Positions 41,886 through 53,100 of a stretch of 64,000 nt of DNA are shown piece after piece. Below the pieces are notes generated by a model. The model was not told the origin of the DNA. It ran no database searches and saw only the letters and a program-made list of their open reading frames with translations. Numbering within the stretch: position 1 is the first letter of the stretch; each line of letters opens with the position of its first letter. This stretch comes from a virus. Both the position numbers and the translations under genes were made by a program. Where the stretch lies: the IMG/VR virus record IMGVR_UViG_3300045256_000094; one strand, given 5' to 3'.

Positions 41886-42224
41886 CTAGCAGTTCTCCGC
41901 ATCCGCTGCAATGGCCTGCTCGTAGGACGAGCCGATCTTCTGGTAGAGTTCGTCCGGCCAGAACCCCGGCTCCGGCTCGACATTCATGTGGTAGGCTTCC
42001 GCCTTCAGGTGGCACTCGTCGCAGACGGAGATGCCGTTCTCCAGAACGTAGCCGCCGTTCGGGAATTCATGCCGGTCCGTAATGTGGTGGGCGTCGAGCG
42101 CAACCCCTTTGCCGCCTTCCTCTTGCCGGTCGTGACCCGGCGTGCCGCAGCATTCGCAGCGGTACTTCGCCCGGCCGAACACGGCGTAGCGGAAGGCAGC
42201 CCGTACCTCTTTCTTCTTGCTCAT
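41886..42224 (-). CDS. HNH endonuclease
   Basis: It contains CECCG...HHITDRHEFPNGGY...CDECH. Confidence 0.6.
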   Translation of the reverse strand: MSKKKEVRAAFRYAVFGRAKYRCECCGTPGHDRQEEGGKGVALDAHHITDRHEFPNGGYVLENGISVCDECHLKAEAYHMNVEPEPGFWPDELYQKIGSSYEQAIAADAENC

Positions 42225-42277
42225 GATTTCACCCCTATCAATGTTACATACCAGAGAGGACTCTGTAAGGGGGATTT

Positions 42278-42658
42278 ATGGACTTTACTTACGTTGCGGG
42301 CGGATCAATCTCGGTGGGCGGCTGTTCAGTCGCCACCTGGGCCGAGGCCGTCGTCGCCCTTTACGCAGTGAACGATGTCGTCTACCTGAAGTACAAAGCA
42401 CGCAAGGGCGTGCTGGAACGGATTTGCATCAAAGAACTGGTCTACGGCAAGTACAACTACGTCACCGACGTTTACGGCAAGAAGGTCTGCCGGTTGTGTA
42501 ACTTTGCCCCGACCTACCGTGACAACCTGAACTCCCTCTACAACGAGGACGAGTTGTGCGACGAGGAGACGGCTCTGGCCCTCGCCGAAGCCGCCATCAT
42601 CAAAGAACGGCGGCAGATCGAACGGCTCGCCCAAACCTGCGGCGAGTCCGCCGTCTGA
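42278..42658 (+). CDS. hypothetical protein
   Basis: A strong AAGGGGGA RBS is present. Confidence 0.45.
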   Translation: MDFTYVAGGSISVGGCSVATWAEAVVALYAVNDVVYLKYKARKGVLERICIKELVYGKYNYVTDVYGKKVCRLCNFAPTYRDNLNSLYNEDELCDEETALALAEAAIIKERRQIERLAQTCGESAV

Positions 42659-43528
42659 TTACTTCATCAACTTCTCGTACTCTTCGTCGGACATCCGCCA
42701 CTTGCGGCTCTCTTCGAGGGCCGCTTCGAGCGTGTTCTTCTTCTGCTGGGCCTGGACTTCCTCTTCGGTCGGTCCGGCCTGAGCCGCACTCTTGGGAATG
42801 TGGTGATCCATGCTGAAGCCTTCGGCGGCGTCCATGATCGCCTTGATCTCCTCGAAGGAGAACGGGCGGAACTCGCCGAGCAGCTTGTAGGCGTTGTCCA
42901 CGCCCACGTCCATCGACCGACGACCGGCCATGTTCTTGTTCATCCACGGCTCGGCCCCGGCGTGGCTGTGGCCGTAGAGTTGCCAGACGCCACGGTGCGA
43001 GCCGTTCCAGACCGCCATTGCGTAATGGCAGAGGACGATCTTCTGGCCGTTCGGCTGGACCGTGAACAGGTCGTGGTCGCTGGAGAACAGGTTGCGGATG
43101 TTTCGCTCGTCGTGGTTGCCCCAGACGAAGTGGACGTTCCGGCACTTGATCCGGTCCCTGTACTGACGGCACTTCTCGTAGTACGCCTGCTTGCCGGGCA
43201 TGGCGAAGTCGCCCAGGTGGTACAGCGTGTCGTGTTCGCCGACCGTCTTGTTGATGTTGTTGACCAGCGTGTCGTCCATGATCTTCACGGACTCGTAGCT
43301 GATGCGGTGGTCGCTACTGCCCCGACCCTTCCAGTCGCCGTTGTGCCAGGAGCGGCCGTTGGCCTCCCACACTTCCTTGTCGGCGGCACACAGGAACGGC
43401 CGGTTACAGTATTTGATGATGTTGTTGTGCCCGAAATGGGTATCTGATGTGAAATAGAACTTCATGTTTTTTCCTTTTTCCTTTTCCTCTTTTTGACTAA
43501 AGCCTAACAGGCTTGGATAAAAAATCAA
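42659..43528 (-). CDS. calcineurin-like metallophosphoesterase (Ser/Thr phosphatase-like)
   Basis: The motifs DTHFGH, GDxxDRG-like and GNHDE are present. Confidence 0.65.
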   Translation of the reverse strand: MIFYPSLLGFSQKEEKEKGKNMKFYFTSDTHFGHNNIIKYCNRPFLCAADKEVWEANGRSWHNGDWKGRGSSDHRISYESVKIMDDTLVNNINKTVGEHDTLYHLGDFAMPGKQAYYEKCRQYRDRIKCRNVHFVWGNHDERNIRNLFSSDHDLFTVQPNGQKIVLCHYAMAVWNGSHRGVWQLYGHSHAGAEPWMNKNMAGRRSMDVGVDNAYKLLGEFRPFSFEEIKAIMDAAEGFSMDHHIPKSAAQAGPTEEEVQAQQKKNTLEAALEESRKWRMSDEEYEKLMK

Positions 43529-43553
43529 GGGGGCACCGGCCCCCTTGAGTACG

Positions 43554-44084
43554 TCAGAAGACGTGTTCGTCTTCTCCGTTTGTTTCGTAAATGAAGTGGT
43601 AATCGTCCTTTACCACCGTCGCTTTCATCTCGTTGAATTGCAAGAACTGGTGGGCGGTAAGCTCCGAGTCGGGCACCACCACTTCCAGCTTGCGTCTGCG
43701 GTGACTCGCCAGCTTTCGCTTCAGTTTCGTCACCATCTGTGTTCCGATCCGGGACCGTCGCCAGTCCGGGTGAACCGCAAGGTTCAGCAACCGAACTCGG
43801 TCTTCGTCTAGCTCGTAGACCATGAACCCGAGAATTTGGGTGAACTTCTCGGCGACCATGCCGATGACTTCACGCCGCCTGAGTTGAGTCAGAAACTCGT
43901 TCTCGGTCCAACGCTGGTCGATGCTCAGGACGGCGGGCATGTCCTTTCGGACCAGCCACCGGATGTGAACCAAGTTGTCGAGCGGCGAGAGTTTGTATGT
44001 GCCTAGAGTTTCCATTCGGAATCCTTTCCTATAACCAGAGTGGTTCTCCCAGATCGAGGAACGACTTGGTTTGGTTTGGGGCAA
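43554..44084 (-). CDS. GNAT N-acetyltransferase
   Basis: Motif A is RRSRIGTQMV. Confidence 0.55.
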   Translation of the reverse strand: MPQTKPSRSSIWENHSGYRKGFRMETLGTYKLSPLDNLVHIRWLVRKDMPAVLSIDQRWTENEFLTQLRRREVIGMVAEKFTQILGFMVYELDEDRVRLLNLAVHPDWRRSRIGTQMVTKLKRKLASHRRRKLEVVVPDSELTAHQFLQFNEMKATVVKDDYHFIYETNGEDEHVF

Positions 44085-44643
44085 CCAGGGTTTGTCGGAT
44101 GAACGCTTCGTCCTTGAACTCGAAAACCGACAACCACCCTTTGCTTACGAGGTTGGCTCCTTCGTAGTTCGGCTCGATCACGACCCCGTTGTAGTTAGTG
44201 AAGCCGAACAGAAATCTCATCAACGCCTTCCGGGTTCTCTTCAGGTACTCGTGGCTGAAGAGGGCTTCCTGAAAGTTGTCCTTGTCGGACTCGTAGACGA
44301 TACCGGACCGCAGGATGCAGGTCAAGAGCGACCGACGCATCGAACACTGCTTCCAGAACGGGGCGGGTTCGACCCACAGGATGTGCGGCCGGTTGGTCAG
44401 GGCGAAAGCCGACCGTTCTTTAAGTTCCAAAACCTCTTCGACACGTTCGAGGAACCGGGCCAAATCCCGGCCCTTCCCCTCGAAGTGCATGACGTAGAAG
44501 CCCTGGGTCGTCTCGGTGAAGGAGGCGGCGAACCGCTCCCGACACTTCTCGAAGGCGACGGGACAGGCGGGCGAGAACCAGCCAGCCTCCCCGTCAATGG
44601 TGGGAGAGGTTATGATCTGTCTCTCCTTGAACTCCGGCATCGT
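44029..44643 (-). CDS. hypothetical protein
   Basis: The start is trimmed to MPEFKE. Confidence 0.4.
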   Translation of the reverse strand, partial: TMPEFKERQIITSPTIDGEAGWFSPACPVAFEKCRERFAASFTETTQGFYVMHFEGKGRDLARFLERVEEVLELKERSAFALTNRPHILWVEPAPFWKQCSMRRSLLTCILRSGIVYESDKDNFQEALFSHEYLKRTRKALMRFLFGFTNYNGVVIEPNYEGANLVSKGWLSVFEFKDEAFIRQTLVAPNQTKSFLDLGEPLWL

Positions 44644-45529
44644 CTTCGCCTCCAACTGTCTTGCACCCGTCGTCCAGGTTCTTAAACTCGATCTCGTGCA
44701 GCGAGATCGAGCGACAAACCGGGCCGTGAAACTGCGGCCTCTGCGGCATCGCCACCATTCGGTACTGAACATCCCGCATGGCCTGTTCCGTCTCTTCCTT
44801 GTACCGCTGGTGAACGTCGATGTAGACGTTCACGCACGCATCCCCGGCGACCTGCCGCCGCCGGAAATTGAGTTGCCCGAGGTACAAACCCCGCTCGCAG
44901 TTCGGCAGCAGGGAGAGGACTTCCCGCTCGCAGCGGAACCAAAAGTGGTGCTGCATGGCGTTGCCGTCCTGGGAGTGTTCCATCATGTTGAACGGGTAAC
45001 ACTCGACGTTATTATTTTGCAAGTAGGCACTGTAAATGAATCGGTATCCGATCTCTTCCATGCCGACGTGATCCTTGCCGGGTATCCACCGCCAGTCCCA
45101 CTTGTTTTCGAACGTCGGCATCCCGTCGGTGACGAGGACGACTTCGAGGAACTGGAACGGCTTGATGCGGACCGACTCGTACATCGGCGACACGACGGTG
45201 ATCGTGTTCTTGTACGGCGTGGTGTCGTTGTTCTGGTAGAGGATGAGGCTGGAGTCCCGGCCGACCTGGACTTGACCGAGGAAGAACGTGGAGCAGGAGT
45301 TCTTGCCCTGGGCCAGCGGCGTCTGCTCGATGTCGTAGTCGATGTACTTGGAGTCCTCCGACATCCTGCACTGAAGGTACTTGCTGTGTGCATGGACGGT
45401 CGGATGCGCCCACCGCTGCTTCGTCAGCCGGAGCTTGACGTTCTGGGCGGGGTGCAGCCCGACGATCTGACAGCGTGCATCCGGGTCGATGATGTTCACG
45501 CACTTGTGTTTGCTAACTTCGCCAGCCAT
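44594..45529 (-). CDS. hypothetical protein
   Basis: A 311-aa ORF with no confident motif. Confidence 0.4.
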   Translation of the reverse strand: MAGEVSKHKCVNIIDPDARCQIVGLHPAQNVKLRLTKQRWAHPTVHAHSKYLQCRMSEDSKYIDYDIEQTPLAQGKNSCSTFFLGQVQVGRDSSLILYQNNDTTPYKNTITVVSPMYESVRIKPFQFLEVVLVTDGMPTFENKWDWRWIPGKDHVGMEEIGYRFIYSAYLQNNNVECYPFNMMEHSQDGNAMQHHFWFRCEREVLSLLPNCERGLYLGQLNFRRRQVAGDACVNVYIDVHQRYKEETEQAMRDVQYRMVAMPQRPQFHGPVCRSISLHEIEFKNLDDGCKTVGGEDDAGVQGETDHNLSHH

Positions 45530-46110
45530 TCTGAATAGTTGTTTTTCTCTGCGTAAGGAAGGATCACGGTCTGCAAGGCCGAGAACGCCGACGAGTGATC
45601 CTCCAACATGTCCATTGCGTAAAGGTAGCTGTCCCGCCGCTCAACCAGCGGCACGCCCGGCATGGTGCTGCCCATGACGAGATCGAAGAACTTGCCGTCC
45701 ATGTTCTCGGCCAGCCACTTGTCGTGGGTGTAAAGGAACATCTCCCAGCAGGCCAGTTCCGCCTCCCGCTGTTCCTCGACTGCGGAGAAACCCCGCAGCC
45801 GCAGGCTGTGACACTTCCTCACCCAATCGTAGACGAACCGCTCGAACTCGTCCCAATAGATGACGGTCTGCTCCGTCACCGATTCGAGGTACTTCGACTG
45901 GCCGTACCCCGACCGCTCGCACCCGTTGTGGATCGGGCGGAACATCTGGAAGACGTAGAAGCCGGGGTGCAGAGTCGGCGGACGCCACTCCCCGTGCAAG
46001 ACAAGCCACTGGAAGTTGTTCGACCGAAGGACGAGGTTGATGATCTCGTCGTAGACGGCGTGTTTCACTTCCAACCCGTGTCGCTTCAGATACTCTTGGG
46101 ACAAGTACAT
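45496..46110 (-). CDS. hypothetical protein
   Basis: ORF only. Confidence 0.4.
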   Translation of the reverse strand: MYLSQEYLKRHGLEVKHAVYDEIINLVLRSNNFQWLVLHGEWRPPTLHPGFYVFQMFRPIHNGCERSGYGQSKYLESVTEQTVIYWDEFERFVYDWVRKCHSLRLRGFSAVEEQREAELACWEMFLYTHDKWLAENMDGKFFDLVMGSTMPGVPLVERRDSYLYAMDMLEDHSSAFSALQTVILPYAEKNNYSEWLAKLANTSA

Positions 46111-46494
46111 TCACTTACCATACGTCGGGCCAACCACCCGGCCGGGGAGGACATCGCTCGGGCGGATCATCCACTCGTCCTTCTCCTTTTTCGCACGGAG
46201 CGGCGGTGGGCAGATATCTTCCTGTTTTTGGACAGCTTTTGCAACATCAAGTCGCTTCAGGTCGTAAACTTTCCCGGTGTACTGGACGTGCCCCCGGTAA
46301 TCGTAATCAATCCTGTCCGTCCCGTCACTGTTCGTTCCGACCTTGATCCTGGGCATGTAGCCGTTCAGGATCGGCACTCGGAGTTGCTTGCCACTCGTCA
46401 GGTCGTCGATGATGGCGTAGGCACGGGTCTGGATCGGCTCGTCGATCTGTACCGCCCCTGCCGCCAAGATGACGACGGAGAACATTCGGTTCAT
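46111..46494 (-). CDS. secreted hypothetical protein
   Basis: It has an N-terminal signal-like segment. Confidence 0.4.
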   Translation of the reverse strand: MNRMFSVVILAAGAVQIDEPIQTRAYAIIDDLTSGKQLRVPILNGYMPRIKVGTNSDGTDRIDYDYRGHVQYTGKVYDLKRLDVAKAVQKQEDICPPPLRAKKEKDEWMIRPSDVLPGRVVGPTYGK

Positions 46495-46739
46495 TTCGCC
46501 TCAATGGTCTTGTTCTTGCTCTGAACAAGGTCGGTCGTCACCCAGCGGCGGGAATCGTGGTCCCACACGACGGGCAACTCCGGCATGCTCTCCATGATGT
46601 CGAACAACTCGCCGTTGGTCTTGGCGTGTTCGACGCTCCGCTGGAAGAGGAGCGGGTGTTTGTCTTTGTACCTTTCTCGCAGAGCAAGCTTCGTTTTGTC
46701 CATTATAGCACCTAGATAATAAAGTATGACTACATTCAA
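46491..46739 (-). CDS. hypothetical small protein
   Basis: ORF only. Confidence 0.35.
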   Translation of the reverse strand: MNVVILYYLGAIMDKTKLALRERYKDKHPLLFQRSVEHAKTNGELFDIMESMPELPVVWDHDSRRWVTTDLVQSKNKTIEAK

Positions 46740-46953
46740 AGAGTTTCTTCGTCAGTTTGAGAATCTGTGGGGAGAGATTCCCGGCAACCCGGCGTTCGGC
46801 GGTAAGAAGCCGTCCGACGGCAATGGAGTCGATCCCTACAACGTCAACCGACCGGGGGCCGCAGGCGGGGCCAGTTCCCCGCCGCCGGGCGCTCGCATGA
46901 TGAAAAAGAAAATGAAGAAGGGATAAATACCATTCTCAAGAGGAGGTTCCATT

Positions 46954-47370
46954 ATGGAAGAAAAGAGTAACAACACCACGCTCGTAGTAGCACTGGTGGC
47001 CGCTCTCATGTTCATGATCGCTCTGCCGGTCGTGTTCTTCCTTGTCAAAGACAAGGACCGTGGTCATCACCACGATTTCCGCCCGGTGCAACAAGCCCCG
47101 GTGCAACCTCAACAGCCGCAACCGGCTCCCCAGCAGCCAGTTGCACCACCGGCCCAACCGCCGGTCGTCGTCGTGCCGGTCCCGACTCCAGTTGTCCCTC
47201 GGGATGTCTCTCGTGACCTGTACGTTAAGGGGTGGGAAGACGCCCACTACGGTCGCCGTCCTGATCCGCTACTGCGGGACAACCCGCACTACGCTCGGGG
47301 CTACCGGGACTACTACCACGCCCACAAGCCGGGGGTCCACATCGACTTCGGCATTGGGTTCCGCTGGTAA
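46954..47370 (+). CDS. membrane-anchored Pro/Gln-rich protein
   Basis: An AGGAGG RBS is present. It has an N-terminal transmembrane segment and PQQP repeats. Confidence 0.45.
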   Translation: MEEKSNNTTLVVALVAALMFMIALPVVFFLVKDKDRGHHHDFRPVQQAPVQPQQPQPAPQQPVAPPAQPPVVVVPVPTPVVPRDVSRDLYVKGWEDAHYGRRPDPLLRDNPHYARGYRDYYHAHKPGVHIDFGIGFRW

Positions 47371-47384
47371 ACAGTGACGTAATG

Positions 47385-47419
47385 AAAAAAGAGGAGGCTT
47401 CGGCCTCCTCTTTTCGTTT
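47385..47419. terminator. bidirectional intrinsic terminator
   Basis: The sequence is aaaaaa-GAGGAGGC-ttcg-GCCTCCTC-ttttcgttt. Confidence 0.6.
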
Positions 47420-48320
47420 ACTTGGCTTTGATCTGCAAGTAAGAGTCTGGTGTTTTCTGAGCCACCACGTCGTTACTCAAGTCCGTCATAAACCTGATGT
47501 AACTCTTATCGAACTGCTCGTGGCTGGCGAACCCGAACGCCCCGAGTCCCTTCACCGGATCGCCCTCCTTGATGCACGTCAGGTACTTGTCCTGGCCGAA
47601 CTCCTTGCGGAGCAGCAGGCACAGGGCGACGGCTTGGTTGTCGAACAACTGGCGGCGTTCCGGCGTCTCCTTCCAATACCCGTCCTCGGTCATGTTCATC
47701 ATGCCCTTCGAGCCGTACACTTGGCCGTTGGCTCGCAGCACCGGCTGTAGCTCGGCCACGCTCCGACGAATCGACCCCAAGTCGCCGTTGAGCAGGCTCA
47801 TGCCACGGATCGACCACCACGCCAGCTTGATGTTGTTCTGCTGCTCCCACTCGGCCAACACCGCCTGCGTCACCGGGACGGGCACGGTCTTGGCGGGGCT
47901 TTCGTTGAGCAACATGAAGATGACGGTCAGCTTGATCTTGCCGTCCTGGCGACGGACTTCGACCTTCGTCGTGTCCAGGCCGAACAGCTTCTTGTACAGG
48001 GCGGCGTCGTCCACACAGATCAGGCGACACTCGCCGGAGAAGTTGACATCGTTCAAGCCCCAGCGGGTGAGGCTCCACGTCTTGACCTTCTCCAAGTTCT
48101 GATTCAGGAATTGGGCCTGCGTGTCGTTCAACGAGCAGACCACGAAGTTTTTGCTAGTCCAGCGGTTCCACACCTTACCTTGAATGTCGGCGTCGGGGGC
48201 ACCACGGTATTCGGCTTTGACTTGATCGGGGAAGGCAACCCGCTCGATGGGCGGCTGAGCCGCAGCCAAGCCGACCATCGAGAGGATGCCGCAAACAACG
48301 AACAGGAAGCGTTTCATCAT
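47418..48320 (-). CDS. secreted hypothetical protein
   Basis: It has a signal peptide MMKRFLFVVCGILSMVGLAAA. Confidence 0.5.
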   Translation of the reverse strand: MMKRFLFVVCGILSMVGLAAAQPPIERVAFPDQVKAEYRGAPDADIQGKVWNRWTSKNFVVCSLNDTQAQFLNQNLEKVKTWSLTRWGLNDVNFSGECRLICVDDAALYKKLFGLDTTKVEVRRQDGKIKLTVIFMLLNESPAKTVPVPVTQAVLAEWEQQNNIKLAWWSIRGMSLLNGDLGSIRRSVAELQPVLRANGQVYGSKGMMNMTEDGYWKETPERRQLFDNQAVALCLLLRKEFGQDKYLTCIKEGDPVKGLGAFGFASHEQFDKSYIRFMTDLSNDVVAQKTPDSYLQIKAK

Positions 48321-48334
48321 GTGTCACACACCTT

Positions 48335-48859
48335 TTAAGCGGCCATCAATGCGGACAATTCGCTTGCCTTCCAGTGCTGGCGAATCTGTTCCTTGTACTT
48401 AGTGAACAATTGGCAGACCCGGCTCTCACTGACTCCCATCTTGGACCCGATCTCCTTCAGATCGCAGTTGTCCAAAAAGTAGAGCTTCAACATTTCTGAA
48501 CCCGCCCGGCCCACAACCCGCTCGACAACCTCGAAGTTTTGTTCGTGTTGCTTTTCGGGCTTCGCCGGAACAAGTTCGGCCTTGCTCAGTCCGGTGTCGG
48601 CGTCCTCAGTGTCCAGGCTAATCGAGTAGCCGATGGACCGGAGGTAGTCGTCGATGGCTCCCTTGATTCTACGGAAAGAGTAGGTCTTGAAACAGACATT
48701 TCTCTCGCTTTCGAACCTCGTCGCCGCCTCGGTCAGACCGAGGTATGCTGCCGACAACAATTCGTCTACGTCAATGTGCTTGGGTAACGCACGCTTCCGA
48801 GCGTAAGCGATCTTACGGGCATAAGTCATGTGCCCCAGCACGAGTTCTTGCATGGTCAT
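48335..48859 (-). CDS. sigma-70 family RNA polymerase sigma factor
   Basis: Region 2-like YLGLTEAATRF...FKTYSFRRIKGAIDDYLR and region 4 HTH LKEIGSKMGVSESRVCQL are present. Confidence 0.6.
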   Translation of the reverse strand: MTMQELVLGHMTYARKIAYARKRALPKHIDVDELLSAAYLGLTEAATRFESERNVCFKTYSFRRIKGAIDDYLRSIGYSISLDTEDADTGLSKAELVPAKPEKQHEQNFEVVERVVGRAGSEMLKLYFLDNCDLKEIGSKMGVSESRVCQLFTKYKEQIRQHWKASELSALMAA

Positions 48860-48976
48860 TGTAAAGTCCTAGTTGGTTGTAGTTAGTCACTGTTACGGTC
48901 ACGGTTAAGTGCTTCGGTTATCAGTTGGTTAATCGAGTGTCCCCGGAGGAACACTCCATTTGTTATTCTATATTTA

Positions 48977-49954
48977 TCAGATTCGACCGATGTATTCAAG
49001 CAAATCGGTCGCACGTTTGGCTAATTTCTTGAGAGTTGCGTTCCTCGCAACACGTTGTAAGAACCAGACTTTCGTCTCGTGCAGCGGGCCGTCCAAGATT
49101 TGAAACTCCCCATCCTCCCCAGCCAGCCCCATGTAAATCAACGCCTCGTCCAGCGTCTTCGCCGGGTCCAGGTTGGAGGGGAAGTCCTTGTACAAGGACG
49201 AGTCAACGAAGTTCAAGAACCACAAGCCCCAATAGTAAACGTGATCGGGTTCAAGGATGCACTCGGGCAGCCGGAGTTCGACCGTAGAACGGTCGTTGAA
49301 CTCCTCGTTCACCGTCCGGGCGAAGTTGATGACGTTCAGCGTCACCCGCTTCTCGTAGTTCTCGTGGATGGACAGGTTCTTCGGCCGCATCCAGAACCAG
49401 AACCGCTCGGCCGTGTCGATGGGGAATATCCCCATCTGCGTCTTCTTCGGCAACTTGTTACGGAGCGGGCGGCACCACTTGTTATTCTTCCGGGACGTGG
49501 GGACGGACTGGAGGAGGATGTGTTCGAACTTGAGCCACCGGGCCATGAGGATCGACACGTCCTCCACGTCCATGTCCGAGACGGAGGCGTGGTAGTGGAG
49601 GCCGCAGTTGTCGTTCACCTTGCAGCCGATATCTCGGACCGTCCGGGTGCCGTTGGCGACGTGTCGCAAGTCCTTTTCGTCGAACCCGACGAAGGAGGCG
49701 ATCTCCCAGCCGTGGTCGATCTTGTAGCCGACGGGACCGCACGAACTGTCGTACTTGACGTGCCAGTAGTCGTTGTTGCGGCTCTCGGCCCAGCCCTTCG
49801 GCCCGTCCTCGACGTGTACCATCCGGGGGAATTCCTGGCTGCACTCGAAGTTTAACAGCCCGACCCCGATGTCCTTTTTGGGAACCTCCGGCCCGACTTC
49901 CAACTCCACGCCGAACCCCCGGTTGAACCCGGAGTGTCGATACTCGATCTGCAT
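48977..49954 (-). CDS. hypothetical protein, possibly amidoligase-like
   Basis: It begins GFGVELEVG. The assignment is weak. Confidence 0.35.
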   Translation of the reverse strand: MQIEYRHSGFNRGFGVELEVGPEVPKKDIGVGLLNFECSQEFPRMVHVEDGPKGWAESRNNDYWHVKYDSSCGPVGYKIDHGWEIASFVGFDEKDLRHVANGTRTVRDIGCKVNDNCGLHYHASVSDMDVEDVSILMARWLKFEHILLQSVPTSRKNNKWCRPLRNKLPKKTQMGIFPIDTAERFWFWMRPKNLSIHENYEKRVTLNVINFARTVNEEFNDRSTVELRLPECILEPDHVYYWGLWFLNFVDSSLYKDFPSNLDPAKTLDEALIYMGLAGEDGEFQILDGPLHETKVWFLQRVARNATLKKLAKRATDLLEYIGRI

Positions 49955-50187
49955 ACGTTATTGGTCTTTCACAATTACAAGCCCCTGTGAGGGTTCGGGT
50001 AAACCGACCTGGGCGTAATTGGGGACTTGCGGAAGATCGACCAGTCCTGCTTCACGAGATGGGTTCGGCTTAGCCCTGAGCTTACTGGCCCGGTCCACCA
50101 ACCTCACGAGGATGTTGGCGACCGCTGCCAGTAGAACAAGATTACCCACTTGAAAGAGTAAGATCAAGACGAGAAGGAAGGTTTCCA

Positions 50188-53100
50188 TCAGGCTCCAATG
50201 TTGACAACGAATCTCGGGATCGGGTCGGGCACGCCCGTCTGGCTGATCTGAATCTGGATGTCCGGGTTCAGGGTCCAGTAGTCGTTCTTAAACAACCCGA
50301 TGTTATCATAGAGTAGTTGCTGATAAACTACCGATGTCGGCGTCACGGAAACCAAGTTCTGCGACGTGTCAATCGTGATCGACGCATTGAAGTCACCGTT
50401 CAAACAAATCCGGTCCGGGATGAACGCCACCAGCAGCCGGGTGTCGTAATCCTCCAGGGTGGACAAGTTCTTCTGCAAGTAGTGAACGCCGAACCGCCAC
50501 ACGTTCTGCCCGATCTCGTCGCCGTCCACGTTGCTCGTACACTGAAGGTCGAACACGATGTCCCACGACTCCAGGCTGTTGCTCTGTGCCGACCGCCCTT
50601 TGAAGTGCAGGTTGGCCTGCCACGAGTCATTCGGCTCGTTGTAACTCAAGTTGATGACACGGGCCACCGACAGGCCGTTCCGGTTGAGGAACTGCGTCAG
50701 CTTATTGCTCGTGAACATGTTGTGCGAGAACGGCACCAACAGCGGCATGCCGTTGCAGTTACATCTCGTGATCGTCGTCGTCAACTGCTCCAACGTGTCC
50801 GTGCTGTCGTCCTCCGGGAAAGTCAACAACACGTCTTCCACAAAGGCCGTCGCCCCGATGTCAACCATCAGGGTGCCGAAGTCCGAGTAGTTGATGTCCG
50901 CCCCACCGCCGATGAAGATGGCGTTTCCGTCGCTCACCCACTTGAACGCACTCGACCGAATTCTCGGATTGCCGTCCAGCGTCAGCCCGCCCGTCGCAAC
51001 ATAGTTGAACGGCAGCCGTGGGTTGACCGTGCCGTCCAGGGCCACGCCGCCGGTCGGCCGGTACTTGAATCTGTTTCTCAATCCGGCCGAGCCGCCGAGC
51101 GTGAAGCCGCCGTTCATCGTCCAACTGTAGCTGGACGACCGCACCCGTGCCTCGCCGCCGATCTCTACTTCGCCATCGGCGACGGTTCTCCAGTCAGTAG
51201 ACTTGATGTCCGCTACGCCGCCCACTTCCACTTCACTGTCCGTCGGGTCGTAATGCAGATTGAGGGCATACTGACCACCCATACGGATTGCTGCGAACTC
51301 CGGCCCGAGGCTGCCCCGGCCGGTGTTGAGAACCCGGCGGTGGACCCGCAGCCCGGCACTGCCCTGGCTGACTGTTACACTACCAGTGCCGGTGTACCCG
51401 TAGTTGGACGACTTCACCAACGCCTCGCCGCCGGTCCGTAGCGACTGCGTGTCCGAATTCTCCTCGGTGTAGACGTAGAGGTTGATATTGTCGATGAAAG
51501 CCGTGATGCCCGACCCGATCAAGTCCGGCGACACACGGATCGCCACGCCGAAGTCCGGGTCGGCCACGTCGTTGATATCCCACTCGCCCAGGTAGTCCGG
51601 GTCGTCGGGGTCACGCCACTGCTCGAAGGTGCCGCCGTAGGTCTTCACTGAGGCAACGCCGAGCGGCCACGTCGTTGACGTGTCGGCCATGTTGTCCGAG
51701 ATGATCTCGTCGTCCAACACCAAGTAAACCTCGGAGTCCCGGACCGTCGAGTTGGAGTATCGGTTGATCTCCACCTTGAAGCCCAGCACCCGCACGTTGT
51801 CCCCCAGGCCCAGGTTGAAACCCTTGACCACCAGGAACATACTCTTCCGCCCGAAGCTCAGGTCAACGCTGGCCGTCAGGCCGTTGTTCACCAACGCCCG
51901 GTTCGGCTGGAACCACGCTTGGTCGGACGGCAGGTCTTCGAACTGGTCGGTGGTCGTGCCGCTGAACTTGGCGTTCACATACGGCCACACGCCGCCGACG
52001 TAGCTCCAGTTGCTCGCCCGGATGCCCGGCGTGCCGCCCGTCTCCACCCCGCCTTCCGCAACGTGGCGGTAGGCGCTGGAGATGACCGTGGCCTCGCCGC
52101 CGATCTCGATCTCACCTTCGCCCTCGGCCGTGAAGTCGATACCGTTTCGCAAGAAGCTGGCGTCGGCCGACCCGCCCATGAACACGGAACCCGTGCCCGT
52201 CCAGTCCTTGAACGAGTTGACCTGGACGGTGGTGCCCACGCCCCAGCGGTCGATCAAGTCGTACTGAACGCAGAAGTCGGCACACACCGGGTTCTTACAG
52301 ATTTCGACCGGCTCCAACTTGTTACAGTCGTGGTTGATGCCGTTCGCCTCGTCCTGGGCCACGGCGTCGTTCTCGGCCGGGCGGCTGAACCGCTCGACGG
52401 ACGCAATCGGCCACTTCCACTTCCGCTCCTTCAGCTTGCGGCACAAGTCCTCAATGGACCGGGCCTGCACGTTCATGATGAACTTCAGGCAGCACGGGTC
52501 GTTAGTCTGGATCGGGTCGCACTGCTCGTCCTTCGCCCGGCCGACCACACGATACCAATACTGACGCACCTTGCCGACGTTCCACAAGAACGTGTAGTCC
52601 TTGAAGACGTAAGAGGCGATATTCCAGGCGAACTTGAAGTCCAGGTTGAACGTCAACTTCACCGTGGTCGGGTTCAGGTGGTTCAAGTACCCGACGCTCA
52701 CCCCGGCGAAGTCCGGCGGGGCGTCGGCACTGTTGCCGGACGGCAGATAGCGACGACCCACCTTGATCCGTGTCTCGCTGTCCAGCGTCACGCCGCCGGA
52801 CGCCGAGTTGCTGTAGGTCACGGCTAGGTCCGGCGTGCCGCCCATCGTCAACGGGGCAATCGGCACGTCCGGCAAGTTCGGGTAGTGGTAGACGGGCGAT
52901 TCTTTAAGAGCCTGCCCGGCACCCTGAATGCCGCCGCTCGGGATGAAGTTCGCTTGGTATGTGTCAACCGCACTGCCGCCACCGGAAACCCCGGCCGACG
53001 AGAGAGTGATCGGAATCACCTTCCGAACCGAGGCCGTGCTGCCGCCTCGGATGCCCGCCGAGGTAACACTGACGTTGGCTTGGTAGGCTGCCACACCGGC